A DNA stretch of 63,025 nucleotides, filler included. It is 5 parts of 5 records of this genome, joined end to end, with 100 filler letters (N's around TTAATTAATTAA, not from the genome) between each part and the next. Parts side by side here need not be neighbours in the genome. Positions count along the whole stretch, not along the records: positions 20,891 to 31,523 come from SRR20825010_1543; positions 31,624 to 59,801 come from SRR20825010_1544; 3 more parts are not named here. One strand, written 5' to 3'. Shown here piece by piece: positions 26,650 to 36,403 of this stretch. Position 1 is the first letter of the stretch. Every line of letters begins with the position of its first letter. The position numbers and the translations under genes were made by a program. The notes under the pieces were generated by a model that was given only the letters and a program-made list of their open reading frames with translations, did no database searches and was not told the origin of the DNA.

Positions 26650-27967
26650 ATTGAAATTTTCACCACTCCTCCTCTTGTTAGCCATTGTAATTGGCTCTCA
26701 CACGAGTTTCGGACAAGAGGCGTATACAATCGATCGCCTAATTGGCGAGGTGCTGGAATCAAATTACGGAATCAAACTCCTTAAGAATGAAGTCGTAATT
26801 GCCGAAAACAATAATAATGCTGGCGCAAAAGGATATTTGCCGACAATCACCATTAATGCAGATCACTACCGAAGTGCTTACAATACCGAGCAAACGTTTT
26901 TTTCTGGAGCGGTGAATCAGGCAAATGCAGCTAAAAGTAATTCTACGAGTGCTTCGGCGATGTTGAATTGGACATTTTTTGATGGATTCAAAATGTTCGC
27001 CATTGATAAACGCTTGAATCTTCAGGAAGATCTCGCTACAATGAGACTCACCGCCGAGATGGAGATGAAAATATATCAGGCTTCCGTTCAGTTCTATACG
27101 CTTTTGCAGCTTCAGGAATTGGACTCGATTTACCAAAAAAGTTTAGACCTCAGCAACGCTCGTTACCTTCAGCAGCAACAAAAAGAGTCTCTCGGATCAT
27201 CTTCTGAGATTCAATTAATTCAATCACGGTTAGATTTATATGCCGACAGTTCTGTGTTTCTCGAAAACAGAAACCTCATTGAAGCGTCAAAGACAGGCAT
27301 TTATTATCTGCTTGGTAAAAATCCAGGTGAAGGATTTATCGCACAAGGCAGTTTATCGGGAATGGAACCAATCAATTGGGAATCGTTGAGGTCAAAAGCC
27401 ATCGCTCAAAACACGAGTATCTTGGTCAACAAGGCGAATATTGCCATCCGCGATCAGGAGCAAAAAGAAGTTCGATCGAATTATTTTCCGCAGATTAGTT
27501 TTTATGCTCAATACGTTTATTCGCGCTCCGAAAGTCAAGTTGGGATTTTAAATTCCAATCGCGCTGTTGGACCTGGAGTTGGACTTTCTCTTTCATGGAA
27601 TATCCTCAATAATCTGTCGACATACAGCGGGTTGAAGAACGCTCATTTGAACTCCGAAAATGCTGAACTTGAGTTGAAAGATCAGGAGTTGTTTATTGCT
27701 TCGGAATTACAAAAATCGTACGATACGTATTTATGGACGGTGCGGAACCTTTCGCTAGAGCAGAATAATATCGCTCAAGCTGGACTTAATTTTGAAATCG
27801 CTCAAAAAGCATACGCTGCAGGAGCAATTACCGATCTTGAATTGCGGGAATTCCAATTCAGTATTATCGCTTCAAACACTCGCTATTTCAAGGCACAATT
27901 AGAACAAAAAATTGCAGAAATGGACCTTCGTTTAACAACTGGAGACTTTCAAGAGCTCATTAAATAG
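26636..27967 (+). CDS. TolC family outer-membrane efflux protein
   Basis: Signal peptide, two OEP repeats (YLPTI.., YFPQIS..), operon context. Confidence 0.9.
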   Translation: MLHTKLKFSPLLLLLAIVIGSHTSFGQEAYTIDRLIGEVLESNYGIKLLKNEVVIAENNNNAGAKGYLPTITINADHYRSAYNTEQTFFSGAVNQANAAKSNSTSASAMLNWTFFDGFKMFAIDKRLNLQEDLATMRLTAEMEMKIYQASVQFYTLLQLQELDSIYQKSLDLSNARYLQQQQKESLGSSSEIQLIQSRLDLYADSSVFLENRNLIEASKTGIYYLLGKNPGEGFIAQGSLSGMEPINWESLRSKAIAQNTSILVNKANIAIRDQEQKEVRSNYFPQISFYAQYVYSRSESQVGILNSNRAVGPGVGLSLSWNILNNLSTYSGLKNAHLNSENAELELKDQELFIASELQKSYDTYLWTVRNLSLEQNNIAQAGLNFEIAQKAYAAGAITDLELREFQFSIIASNTRYFKAQLEQKIAEMDLRLTTGDFQELIK

Positions 27968-28133
27968 GCGAAAGGTTTATTGATTTTGCGAATTGACCCA
28001 TAAAACACTTTTAATCAGTGCGGTTGAACTTTGTTTTAGACACGTTAAAACATCACAACATTTTTTGATTTTTCGCCAAAATTTAATCGTGTAATTCAGC
28101 CGCTTTACTACATTTGCTCTTTATCGAATTATT

Positions 28134-28505
28134 GTGAAAAGTAGCTTGCGAATTTTTGGTGTATTTCTGTTAACTGCGATTTACTATTTCGGGATTAGCA
28201 CTGCTGTTCCGTCGCTCAACTTTTCGAAAAAGAACCAAACAGAGACGACGACGGAGGACGCATATTTTTCCGTTGCTTCTTCGCACGTTTCATCTCATAC
28301 GGTCAGTTCCGATTTATCGTTTACGAGCATTAGTAACCTCGGTTTTACTAGTCTCAAGTATCCGTCTAGCAATCTTTGGGTCGATCTCCAATTAACAGAG
28401 AAATTAATTCGCACTAGGTTCATTCAGTATGGTCGTTTTTTCGATGACTTTCTGATTCTCAAACGGAAAAAAGCGCTCATTTTCCCTTCGCATTATTTCT
28501 GGTAG
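28134..28505 (+). CDS. Hypothetical protein with N-terminal hydrophobic segment and C-terminal IFPSHYFW
   Basis: GTG start ~18 nt after -7 element TACATTTG (28109-28116); C-terminus resembles small Bacteroidota proteins ending in FPxHxFW (recollection, not searched). Confidence 0.65.
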   Translation: MKSSLRIFGVFLLTAIYYFGISTAVPSLNFSKKNQTETTTEDAYFSVASSHVSSHTVSSDLSFTSISNLGFTSLKYPSSNLWVDLQLTEKLIRTRFIQYGRFFDDFLILKRKKALIFPSHYFW

Positions 28506-28605
28506 TCCATTTTAAGCTTCGTCATATTTCAAAATGACAAAAAATCTTTCGGCGTTGTAGATAAACATCGCCCTATCATTTAATCAAATTATAATACGCT
28601 TAAAA

Positions 28606-29091
28606 ATGGATTTAGGAACCGCCATCATTGGTGCTGTTTGTGCAGTAGTTTGTATTCTACCTTTTGTACTCATGAATCGCAGCAGAAAAAAAAATGATCT
28701 AGAAACGTTGCTCTACTTGACGAGCAACGCCACTCGACACAATAGTCAAATTAGTCAACACGAACTTCACGGGCATTTTGCCATTGGAGTGGATGAAACG
28801 AACAAGTTTGTGTACTTCTACCAAAAAATCAAAGGGCAAATCAGTGAGAAGTTTATTGATCTCTCAGAAATCGAAAGTTGCAAAGTCATAAATACGAATA
28901 GAACGGTTAGCGACAAAGATGGAGATCAGAAAATAATTGAGCGCTTGGATCTCTGCTTTACTCCTCGCGATAAAAGCAAATCCCCTATCAATTTAGAGTT
29001 TTTCAACGCACATAACGCTCCCCAACTCAATGGAGAACTCCAAGTAATTGAAAACTGGTCGAATACGATAAACAACCTTTTTAAAAAATAA
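28606..29091 (+). CDS. Hypothetical protein with N-terminal TM anchor
   Basis: MDLGTAIIGAVCAVVCILPFVLM followed by RSRKK and a soluble beta-rich domain. Confidence 0.75.
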   Translation: MDLGTAIIGAVCAVVCILPFVLMNRSRKKNDLETLLYLTSNATRHNSQISQHELHGHFAIGVDETNKFVYFYQKIKGQISEKFIDLSEIESCKVINTNRTVSDKDGDQKIIERLDLCFTPRDKSKSPINLEFFNAHNAPQLNGELQVIENWSNTINNLFKK

Positions 29092-29101
29092 GTCAAGCAA
29101 T

Positions 29102-29136
29102 AATCCCCTCATCGATTCATCCTTGAGGGGATTTTT
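29102..29136 (+). terminator. Rho-independent terminator
   Basis: AATCCCCTCA-12 nt-TGAGGGGATT followed by TTT. Confidence 0.75.
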
Positions 29137-29429
29137 CCACCTCTCTAATGGGCAGTTAAATACAACAATGTACACTGTCTTCTTAGTTCACACAGTCAAA
29201 CCATATTCAAGTCAACAAATTATTCCACTACAATTTAGTCGTGATAGAGTTCAAACGCGACGAGCGAAAAGCTCAACTCATCTTTTTTTTCAATTCCTTC
29301 AATTAAAAGCCTATATTGTCCAACGCATTTCGATTTTTTCCGAACGTTGTACAACTTGTAATTGATAATCAACGTCTTTAAGAAGTCAAGGCTACTAATT
29401 CTCGGCTCTCCAACTTGAATGACTGAACT

Positions 29430-31523
29430 ATGAAAATTACACTTCTTCTTACTTTCCTTTTGGCTTCATGCCTCTCCTTCTCACAAATTATTGACCCGTT
29501 TTCGATCCGATATCAAGTAAACCAAAAAGGTGGTTTGGTTCAATTGGCGAATACTGCAGTTGGTTGTAATTGTGCGGCAAACAACGAAATGCCTCCTGGA
29601 GGTACGGGTGACAACAACAACTTTTCAATGACTTTCGTGGATATCGACAGTGATCCAACCACATACATGTCATCCAGTGATCAATTAAACCTCCCAGCAT
29701 GTAGCGAAATTACTTGGGCAGGACTTTATTGGACAGGGATTTTGAATAATACACCTTCTTCTACTCCAAACTGGGCGAGCAGAGATCAAGTAAGATTGAG
29801 TGTTGATGGTGGAGCATATCAGAATTTAACAGCCGACGAACTCTTGGACAATACAGTAGGAAAAGTTACCTATTTCGGATTCAAGGATATTACCAATATT
29901 GTTCAGGCGAACGGTCTTAACTCAACGTATCGCGTTGGAAACGTAGTCGCAAGAACTGGTACAAATACGTTTGGTGGATGGACGATTGTTGTAGTTTACA
30001 ATAACATCTATCAATCGATGAGAAACTTGACTGTTTTTGATGGATTAGCAAACGTTAGTCCCGGTGTATCTGGAACGGTCGATATCGCGATTAGCGGATT
30101 TCTTACTCCACCAACTGGCGCGGTAAACTTCGAATTAGGTGTTGTTGCCCATGATGGCGACAGAGGACAATCGGGAGATCAATTAGAGTTTAATGGAACT
30201 GGAACATTCGTAAACATCAGTGATGCATTGCACCCAGTGAACAATGTTTTTAATAGTACCATTTCCAATAACGGAGTACTTACCCCACTTCGAAATCCTA
30301 GTTATAACAATAATTTAGGACACGATGCGAATATTTACGTTCCGAACAATTCAACCTTTAACTATATTGGAAATGCAGCCACAAATGCAGCCATTCGAGT
30401 TTCTACGCAATCTGAAACAGTACTTACGAGTGTAATTACCTCCGCGATTGATATTTACGAGCCTGACCTCAGAGCTTCCGTCTCCTACACCGATTTGAAT
30501 GGCGGAACTGTAACACCAGGAGATATTTTGGAATACACAATTGTCGCTAAAAACATTGGTTCGGATGTATCCGTCGGAACTTTCTTAACAGACACATTGG
30601 ATGCCAGATTAACCTACATTCCTGGAACAATTGCGATCACGTACGGTCCAAATACTGGACCAAAAACGGATCCTATTGATTCAGATCAGGCAGAATTTTT
30701 ACCTGCAACAAATGTTATTCGTGCCCGAATTGGAACTGGCGCAAATGGAACAACTGGAGGCTCGGTAGTCAATTCACCGACGGGAGCAGACAGTACCGTT
30801 CTTCGATTTCAAGTTCAAGTAACAAATGATTGCGCTGTTTGGCAATGTGGACCAATCCTCGAAAATAGGGCCTACCTCTTTGGAACTGGTCAAATTTCAG
30901 GGATCACTAACGGAAACAATGGTGCATCTGATCAATTAGATATTAATGGATGTCCATCTTTAGAAAGTGGAATCGTAGTGGTGGATGTTAGCGCCTGTCC
31001 CGACACGGTAATTACTCACCCCGACTCACTTTGCGTTGGTGAAGAACTCTGGCTGAATTTCCCGAATTCTACCTTCCTTAACTTCACTTGGACTGGACCA
31101 AATGGCTTTACCTCAACGAGCAGTAATCCAACTATTCCAAATTCACAATTGGTAAATGGTGGAGATTACATTCTTAGTGTAACATACAATGGCGTTCAAT
31201 GTATCTCCGATTCAATAGCTACAATTTTCATTTCAGATAATCCAACCCTTCAACTCAATGCCATACAGGATGATTCCTGCTATAATCTAGGTGTTGGTTT
31301 CATAGATGTTAGCGGTATTGGAAATGCTCCGTTCACCTATGTTTGGTCAAACAACGACATGGATTCGTTAGCAAACGGATTAAATGCTGGAACTTATTCT
31401 GTAATTGCTACAGATCAATATGGTTGTGAAGTCGCGGACACCTTCTCCATTGCAGAACCACCCATACTTACTGCGTTGGCTTCTATCACATCCAATTACA
31501 ACGGGCAAGACATTAGTTGTTAT
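29430..31523 (+). CDS. Large secreted surface protein (DUF11 + SprB-type repeats; probable T9SS cargo/adhesin), 3' truncated
   Basis: Signal peptide; DUF11-like VTPGDILEYTIVAKNIG; WTGPNGFTS Ig-like unit; SprB-like APFTYVWSN..LNAGTYSVIATDQYGC and ITSNYNGQDISC. Confidence 0.8.
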
Positions 31524-31623
31524 NNNNNNNNNNNNNNNNNNNNNNNNNNNNNNNNNNNNNNNNNNNNTTAATTAATTAANNNNNNNNNNNNNNNNNNNNN
31601 NNNNNNNNNNNNNNNNNNNNNNN
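31524..31623. other. Artificial contig linker
   Basis: N44-TTAATTAATTAA-N44. Confidence 0.98.
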
Positions 31624-31624
31624 A

Positions 31625-32491
31625 TCCGATGCCATACGAAGAAGCAGAGCGGGATTGCAGGACGCCAAAAAGCCCATCGGTTCGTTTCTATTCTTGGGTA
31701 CAACCGGTGTAGGTAAGACCGAGCTGGCCAAAACCTTGGCCGCCTATCTGTTCGATGATGAAAACGCCATCACAAGGATAGATATGAGCGAATACCAAGA
31801 GCGCCACTCCGTGAGCCGATTGGTAGGTGCGCCTCCAGGGTATGTGGGTTATGATGAGGGAGGTCAGTTGACCGAAGCCGTGAGAAGGAAACCCTATTCC
31901 GTCATCTTGTTGGATGAGATTGAAAAAGCACACCCCGATACCTTCAACATCTTATTGCAAGTATTGGATGAAGGAAGGTTGACCGATAACAAAGGTCGCG
32001 TAGCCGATTTCAAGAACTCCATCATTATAATGACGAGTAATATGGGAAGCCACATCATTCAGGAGAAGTTTGAAGATGCCGTAGATGTGGAAAGTGCTTC
32101 CGAGGCAGCAAGGGTAGAAGTGCTGGGATTGCTTCGTAAGACCATCAGACCCGAGTTTTTGAACCGTATTGATGACATCATCATGTTTGCTCCATTGAGC
32201 AAATCGGACATCAAGGATATTGTGGGATTGCAATTGGAAAACTTGAAGAAAATGTTGGCCAAGCAAAACATTACCCTCGATGCTACCCAAGAAGCGATAG
32301 ACTACTTGGCAGCAAAAGGTTTCGACCCTCAATACGGCGCTCGACCTGTAAAACGATTGATTCAGAAAGAGGTCTTGAACAACCTTTCCAAAGAGTTGTT
32401 GTCAGGAAAAATAACCTCCGACAGCATAGTGCTCTTGGATTCCTTTGACGATCAGTTGGTGTTCAGAAATCAAGATGAATTGGTAGAATAA
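31625..32491 (+). CDS. clpB: ATP-dependent chaperone ClpB, 3' part (NBD2)
   Basis: [64 protein letters not shown]. Confidence 0.93.
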   Translation, partial: SDAIRRSRAGLQDAKKPIGSFLFLGTTGVGKTELAKTLAAYLFDDENAITRIDMSEYQERHSVSRLVGAPPGYVGYDEGGQLTEAVRRKPYSVILLDEIEKAHPDTFNILLQVLDEGRLTDNKGRVADFKNSIIIMTSNMGSHIIQEKFEDAVDVESASEAARVEVLGLLRKTIRPEFLNRIDDIIMFAPLSKSDIKDIVGLQLENLKKMLAKQNITLDATQEAIDYLAAKGFDPQYGARPVKRLIQKEVLNNLSKELLSGKITSDSIVLLDSFDDQLVFRNQDELVE

Positions 32492-32515
32492 TTCTCCAAA
32501 TAAATTTCAGTCATG

Positions 32516-32554
32516 AAATCCCCTCCCCTGACTTCTCGGGAGGGGATTTTTATT
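32516..32554 (+). terminator. Rho-independent terminator after clpB
   Basis: AAATCCCCTCCC-10 nt-GGGAGGGGATTT followed by TTATT. Confidence 0.8.
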
Positions 32555-32649
32555 TATATCATATTTTACTGTCAAAATTTTAGAAATCTACAACTTTTGA
32601 ATGCCATTACATTTAAATCCTTATTTTAGCTCAAAACCATATCCTAAAT

Positions 32650-33963
32650 ATGCCACTGATCATTGCCGTCCTAGGTATTTTACTGCTCTTCTTGCTTATC
32701 GCAAAATTTAAACTCAATGCTTTTCTGTCCTTCATTATCGTATGCCTGTTTGTAGGCATTTTTCAAGGAATGGAACTGGCAAATTTGGTACAATCCATAC
32801 AAAGGGGAATAGGAAACACATTGGGCTTTCTGGTTCTTATTCTGGGGCTTGGGGCCATGTTGGGGAAATTGGTGGCCGATAGCGGCGCCGCTCAACAGAT
32901 CACGACGCAATTGGTCAACAAATTTGGCGTAAAACACGTGCAATGGGCCATGGTGGTCACTGGTTTTATTGTAGGTATCCCGATGTTCTACTCCGTGGGC
33001 TTTGTTATTTTGATACCCTTGGTCTTTACCGTAGCCTTTTCAACGGGATTACCCTTGCTTTATGTGGGATTGCCCATGCTTACCTCTTTATCTGTAACGC
33101 ATGGCTACCTTCCTCCCCACCCCGCTCCAACGGCCATTGCTGCCATGTTCAATGCGGATATTGGCAAAACATTAATGTACGGTCTTATTGTCGCCATACC
33201 AGCAATAATAGTAGCGGGACCCTTGTTTGCCCGTACAATTAAAAAAATTGAGGCAAAACCATTAAAAGAGTTTTACAATGCCGAGCCCATACCCCAGGAA
33301 CAGTTGCCATCGACCGCAACAAGTATTTTAACCGCCCTGTCCCCAATCATCTTTATCGGGGTTGGTATTGCTGCCGAGCAATTTTTGGAAGAAGGCGTAC
33401 TCAGAAATATACTCACCTTTATAGGTAATCCCGTGATAGCTTTGCTGATTTCGGTACTTATTGCCATCTACTCACTTGGGCTCGTCAAAGGCAAGGAAAT
33501 GAGTACCATTATGGATTCCCTGTCCACTTCCGTTTCCAGTATTACCATGATTCTATTGATCATTGCTGGAGCTGGGGCATTAAAGGAAGTTTTGATAGAC
33601 AGTCAAGTAAGCGAATATATTGCCGACAGCTTAAAAGGGTCAAGCATTTCACCTTTGGTACTGGCCTGGCTCATTGCCACCGCCATACGCGTTAGTGTAG
33701 GGTCCGCCACCGTTGCAGGACTTACTGCCGCAGGTATTGTACTTCCGCTGGCTTCGGGCACGGGAACAAGCCCAGAGTTAATGGTTTTGGCCATCGGCTC
33801 GGGAAGTTTAATGCTTTCCCACGTCAACGATACGGGCTTTTGGATGTTCAAGGAATATTTTAACCTTTCAGTGAAGGAAACCCTTTCCACTTGGACCGTT
33901 ATGGAAACCTTGGTCGGCGTTATGGGACTCTTGGGCGTTTTGGCCATCAACAGTATAATCTAA
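32650..33963 (+). CDS. GntP family gluconate:H+ symporter-like permease
   Basis: LGAMLGKL..DSGAA, THGYLPPHPAP, RVSVGSATVA, SHVNDTGFW. Confidence 0.93.
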   Translation: MPLIIAVLGILLLFLLIAKFKLNAFLSFIIVCLFVGIFQGMELANLVQSIQRGIGNTLGFLVLILGLGAMLGKLVADSGAAQQITTQLVNKFGVKHVQWAMVVTGFIVGIPMFYSVGFVILIPLVFTVAFSTGLPLLYVGLPMLTSLSVTHGYLPPHPAPTAIAAMFNADIGKTLMYGLIVAIPAIIVAGPLFARTIKKIEAKPLKEFYNAEPIPQEQLPSTATSILTALSPIIFIGVGIAAEQFLEEGVLRNILTFIGNPVIALLISVLIAIYSLGLVKGKEMSTIMDSLSTSVSSITMILLIIAGAGALKEVLIDSQVSEYIADSLKGSSISPLVLAWLIATAIRVSVGSATVAGLTAAGIVLPLASGTGTSPELMVLAIGSGSLMLSHVNDTGFWMFKEYFNLSVKETLSTWTVMETLVGVMGLLGVLAINSII

Positions 33964-33974
33964 CAATAAAACTT

Positions 33975-34439
33975 ATGGAATCACCATCAAAAAGAATGGA
34001 GGCATTGAACCTCCAATTACCTCCTGCCCCGCCACCTGCGGGCGTGTATCGACCTGTTTTAGTGGTCGGTAATTTTTTGTACGTATCGGGTCAAGGGCCG
34101 GTTAATTTGGATGGCTCCCTAATGACGGGGCGTGCTGGAGACGATCTTGATGAGGATCAGTCCAAACTGGCGGCTCGTCAGGTGGGATTGACCATGCTAT
34201 CCACGATTACGACACACTTTGGAAGCTTGGACAAAATCAAAAGAATGGTAAAAGTATTGGGCATGGTGAATTGCACTCCAGACTTTGGGAAACAACCCTA
34301 CGTGATCAATGGTTTTAGTGAACTGATGGCCGATATTTTTGGAGAAGAGAACGGAATCGGATCGCGAAGTGCGGTCGGTATGATGCTTCCAGGAAATATT
34401 GCAGTAGAAATTGAAGCTATTTTTGAACTTCACCAATAA
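33975..34439 (+). CDS. RidA/YjgF family protein
   Basis: PPPAGVY, LYVSGQGP, VINGFSEL..IFGE, SRSAVG, VEIEAIF; start ATG 33975. Confidence 0.9.
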   Translation: MESPSKRMEALNLQLPPAPPPAGVYRPVLVVGNFLYVSGQGPVNLDGSLMTGRAGDDLDEDQSKLAARQVGLTMLSTITTHFGSLDKIKRMVKVLGMVNCTPDFGKQPYVINGFSELMADIFGEENGIGSRSAVGMMLPGNIAVEIEAIFELHQ

Positions 34440-34447
34440 AACCCCTC

Positions 34448-35518
34448 ATGTTTATATTTGATGCCCATCTCGACCTTTCCATGAACGCCATGGAATGGAA
34501 CAGAGACCTTACCCTTCCAGTTGCCGAAATACGTGACCGTGAACAGGGAATGACGGACAAACCGGACCGAGGCAAGAATACCGTTTCCTTGCCCGCTATG
34601 CGAGAAGGCAACATTGGCCTATGCATGGCCACCCAAATTGCACGTTTTGTAAAAAAAGGCAGTCCCTTACCTGGTTGGCATTCACAGCATCAAGCTTGGG
34701 CACAAACGCAAGGGCAACTGGCTTGGTACAAAACCATGGAGGCGGCAGGTGAAATGGTCCAAATCAAAGATATTCAAGGCTTGGAATCCCACCTCAAACT
34801 CTGGAAGAGCGATGCACCAAAAAAACCTATCGGATATATTTTAAGTTTGGAAGGGGCCGACTCCATTGTAGATTTGAGCTATTTGGAAAAATCCTATGAA
34901 TCAGGCCTCAGAGCTATCGGTCCAGCTCATTACGGTCCTGGGATTTATGCCCATGGCACCGATTCGGTGGGAGGAATAGGTCAAAAAGGAAAGGATTTGC
35001 TCAAAAAAGTGGAAGAGCTCAACATTATCTTGGATGCCACCCACCTTTGCGATAAAAGCTTTTGGGAGACCATGGATATCTACAATGGACCAGTTTGGGC
35101 CAGCCACAATAATTGCAGGGAATTGGTGGACCATAATCGCCAGTTTTCCGATGAACAGATCAAAGAGCTTATTAGCCGGGACGCTGTAATCGGCGTTGCA
35201 TTGGATGCCTGGATGATGGTTCCCAATTGGGTACGTGGTAAATCCACCCCAAAGGAAATGAACGTGACCTTGGAAATCGCGGTGGATAATATAGATCACA
35301 TATGCCAGTTGGCAGGGAATACCGACCATGTTGGTATTGGAACCGACCTCGACGGTGCCTTCGGAAAAGAACAGAGCCCATATGACCTGGACACTATTGC
35401 AGATCTTCAAAAAATTCCAGATCTATTGACGAAGAGAGGTTACACGAGCACGGATATTGAAAAAATTATGAACCAAAACTTTATTGATTTCTTAAGAAGG
35501 GTTTGGTCCAAACACTGA
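34448..35518 (+). CDS. Membrane dipeptidase (M19 / renal dipeptidase family)
   Basis: DAHLD, SLEGAD, LDATH, ASHNN, VGIGTDLDG. Confidence 0.9.
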   Translation: MFIFDAHLDLSMNAMEWNRDLTLPVAEIRDREQGMTDKPDRGKNTVSLPAMREGNIGLCMATQIARFVKKGSPLPGWHSQHQAWAQTQGQLAWYKTMEAAGEMVQIKDIQGLESHLKLWKSDAPKKPIGYILSLEGADSIVDLSYLEKSYESGLRAIGPAHYGPGIYAHGTDSVGGIGQKGKDLLKKVEELNIILDATHLCDKSFWETMDIYNGPVWASHNNCRELVDHNRQFSDEQIKELISRDAVIGVALDAWMMVPNWVRGKSTPKEMNVTLEIAVDNIDHICQLAGNTDHVGIGTDLDGAFGKEQSPYDLDTIADLQKIPDLLTKRGYTSTDIEKIMNQNFIDFLRRVWSKH

Positions 35519-35617
35519 TCAAGTTCCATTCTTTATCATTCCACCCAAAAACAAAATGGGTATTGGAAAGGTATTTTATTCCAAGAAACATGTTAAAATT
35601 CAGGGTTTTGACCGTTT

Positions 35618-35635
35618 AAATACCAAACAGTATTT
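35618..35635. promoter_or_regulatory. Inverted repeat, candidate TetR operator
   Basis: AAATAC-caaaca-GTATTT about 40 nt upstream of the TetR ATG. Confidence 0.5.
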
Positions 35636-35676
35636 GATTTTTTATATCTTAGATTCGACCAACAGCAACCTATTCC

Positions 35677-36273
35677 ATGTCCAAGAAAGCAGAACGAACC
35701 ACCGCTTATATTATTGAAACCGTAGCGCCTATTTTCAATAAGCACGGCTATATAGGTACAAGCATGAGCGACCTTACCGAGGCCACAGGGCTTACCAAAG
35801 GGGCCATATACGGCAATTTTGAAAATAAAGAGGCTCTGGCGCTATCGGCTTTTGAACACAATCGGAACATGTTGTTGCAAGCTATTGATGATAAACTTAG
35901 CACTGGAACCGAAGCGTTGGCCAGATTGTATTCCCTTTTGAATTTTTACAAGCAGTACGACGTTTTTACCCTTCCCATGGGTGGATGCCCACTGTTGAAC
36001 GTGGGAATAGATGCCCAAGGCAACAACAAGCTTTTGGCCGCGGCCGTGAAAGAAACCATTAAGGATATTGAAGGAAAAGTTGCCCTTATCTTGGAAAATG
36101 GTGCCAAACAGAACGAAATTAAACTTCCTGTCCCCCCACTACAATTTGCAAAGCAACTGTTTACCATGGTTCAAGGTGCCGTGGCCATGAGCACCATGAC
36201 ACAGGACCGAAAGTATTTGGTCAATACCATTACGTATCTGGAGTTTTTGGTAAAACAGGAGCTTAAAAAGTAA
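35677..36273 (+). CDS. TetR/AcrR family transcriptional regulator
   Basis: F.KHGY.GTSMSDL..ATGLTKGAIYGNFENKE; GGCP in the C-terminal domain. Confidence 0.93.
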   Translation: MSKKAERTTAYIIETVAPIFNKHGYIGTSMSDLTEATGLTKGAIYGNFENKEALALSAFEHNRNMLLQAIDDKLSTGTEALARLYSLLNFYKQYDVFTLPMGGCPLLNVGIDAQGNNKLLAAAVKETIKDIEGKVALILENGAKQNEIKLPVPPLQFAKQLFTMVQGAVAMSTMTQDRKYLVNTITYLEFLVKQELKK

Positions 36274-36307
36274 AGCAACCTATCCAGCTTTTAAAATTGA
36301 AACCGTT

Positions 36308-36389
36308 TGTCATTCCGACAGAGTAAAGCGGCGAGGAATCTCCCATTATTGAATTTGAGAAGAGATTTCTCACCAGGTTCGAAATGATA
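36308..36389. repeat. REP-like palindromic element, copy 1
   Basis: GTCATTCCGAC..G.CGAGGAATCTC...GAGATTTCTCA..TTCGAAATGA; closely similar copy at 42366-42460. Confidence 0.85.
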
Positions 36390-36403
36390 TTATACCCTAA
36401 AAA

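Noticed and set aside
29123-29365. 80-aa ORF upstream of the large surface protein
   Set aside because: TTG start lies inside a terminator hairpin, composition is not protein-like, and it covers the probable promoter region.
32516-32549. CCCCTCCC/GGGAGGGG hairpin considered as a REP element
   Set aside because: Single copy, directly after the clpB stop and followed by a T tract; an ordinary terminator explains it.
33891-33974. N-terminal extension of the RidA ORF
   Set aside because: Overlaps the GntP 3' end; ATG 33975 with an A-rich context is the better start.
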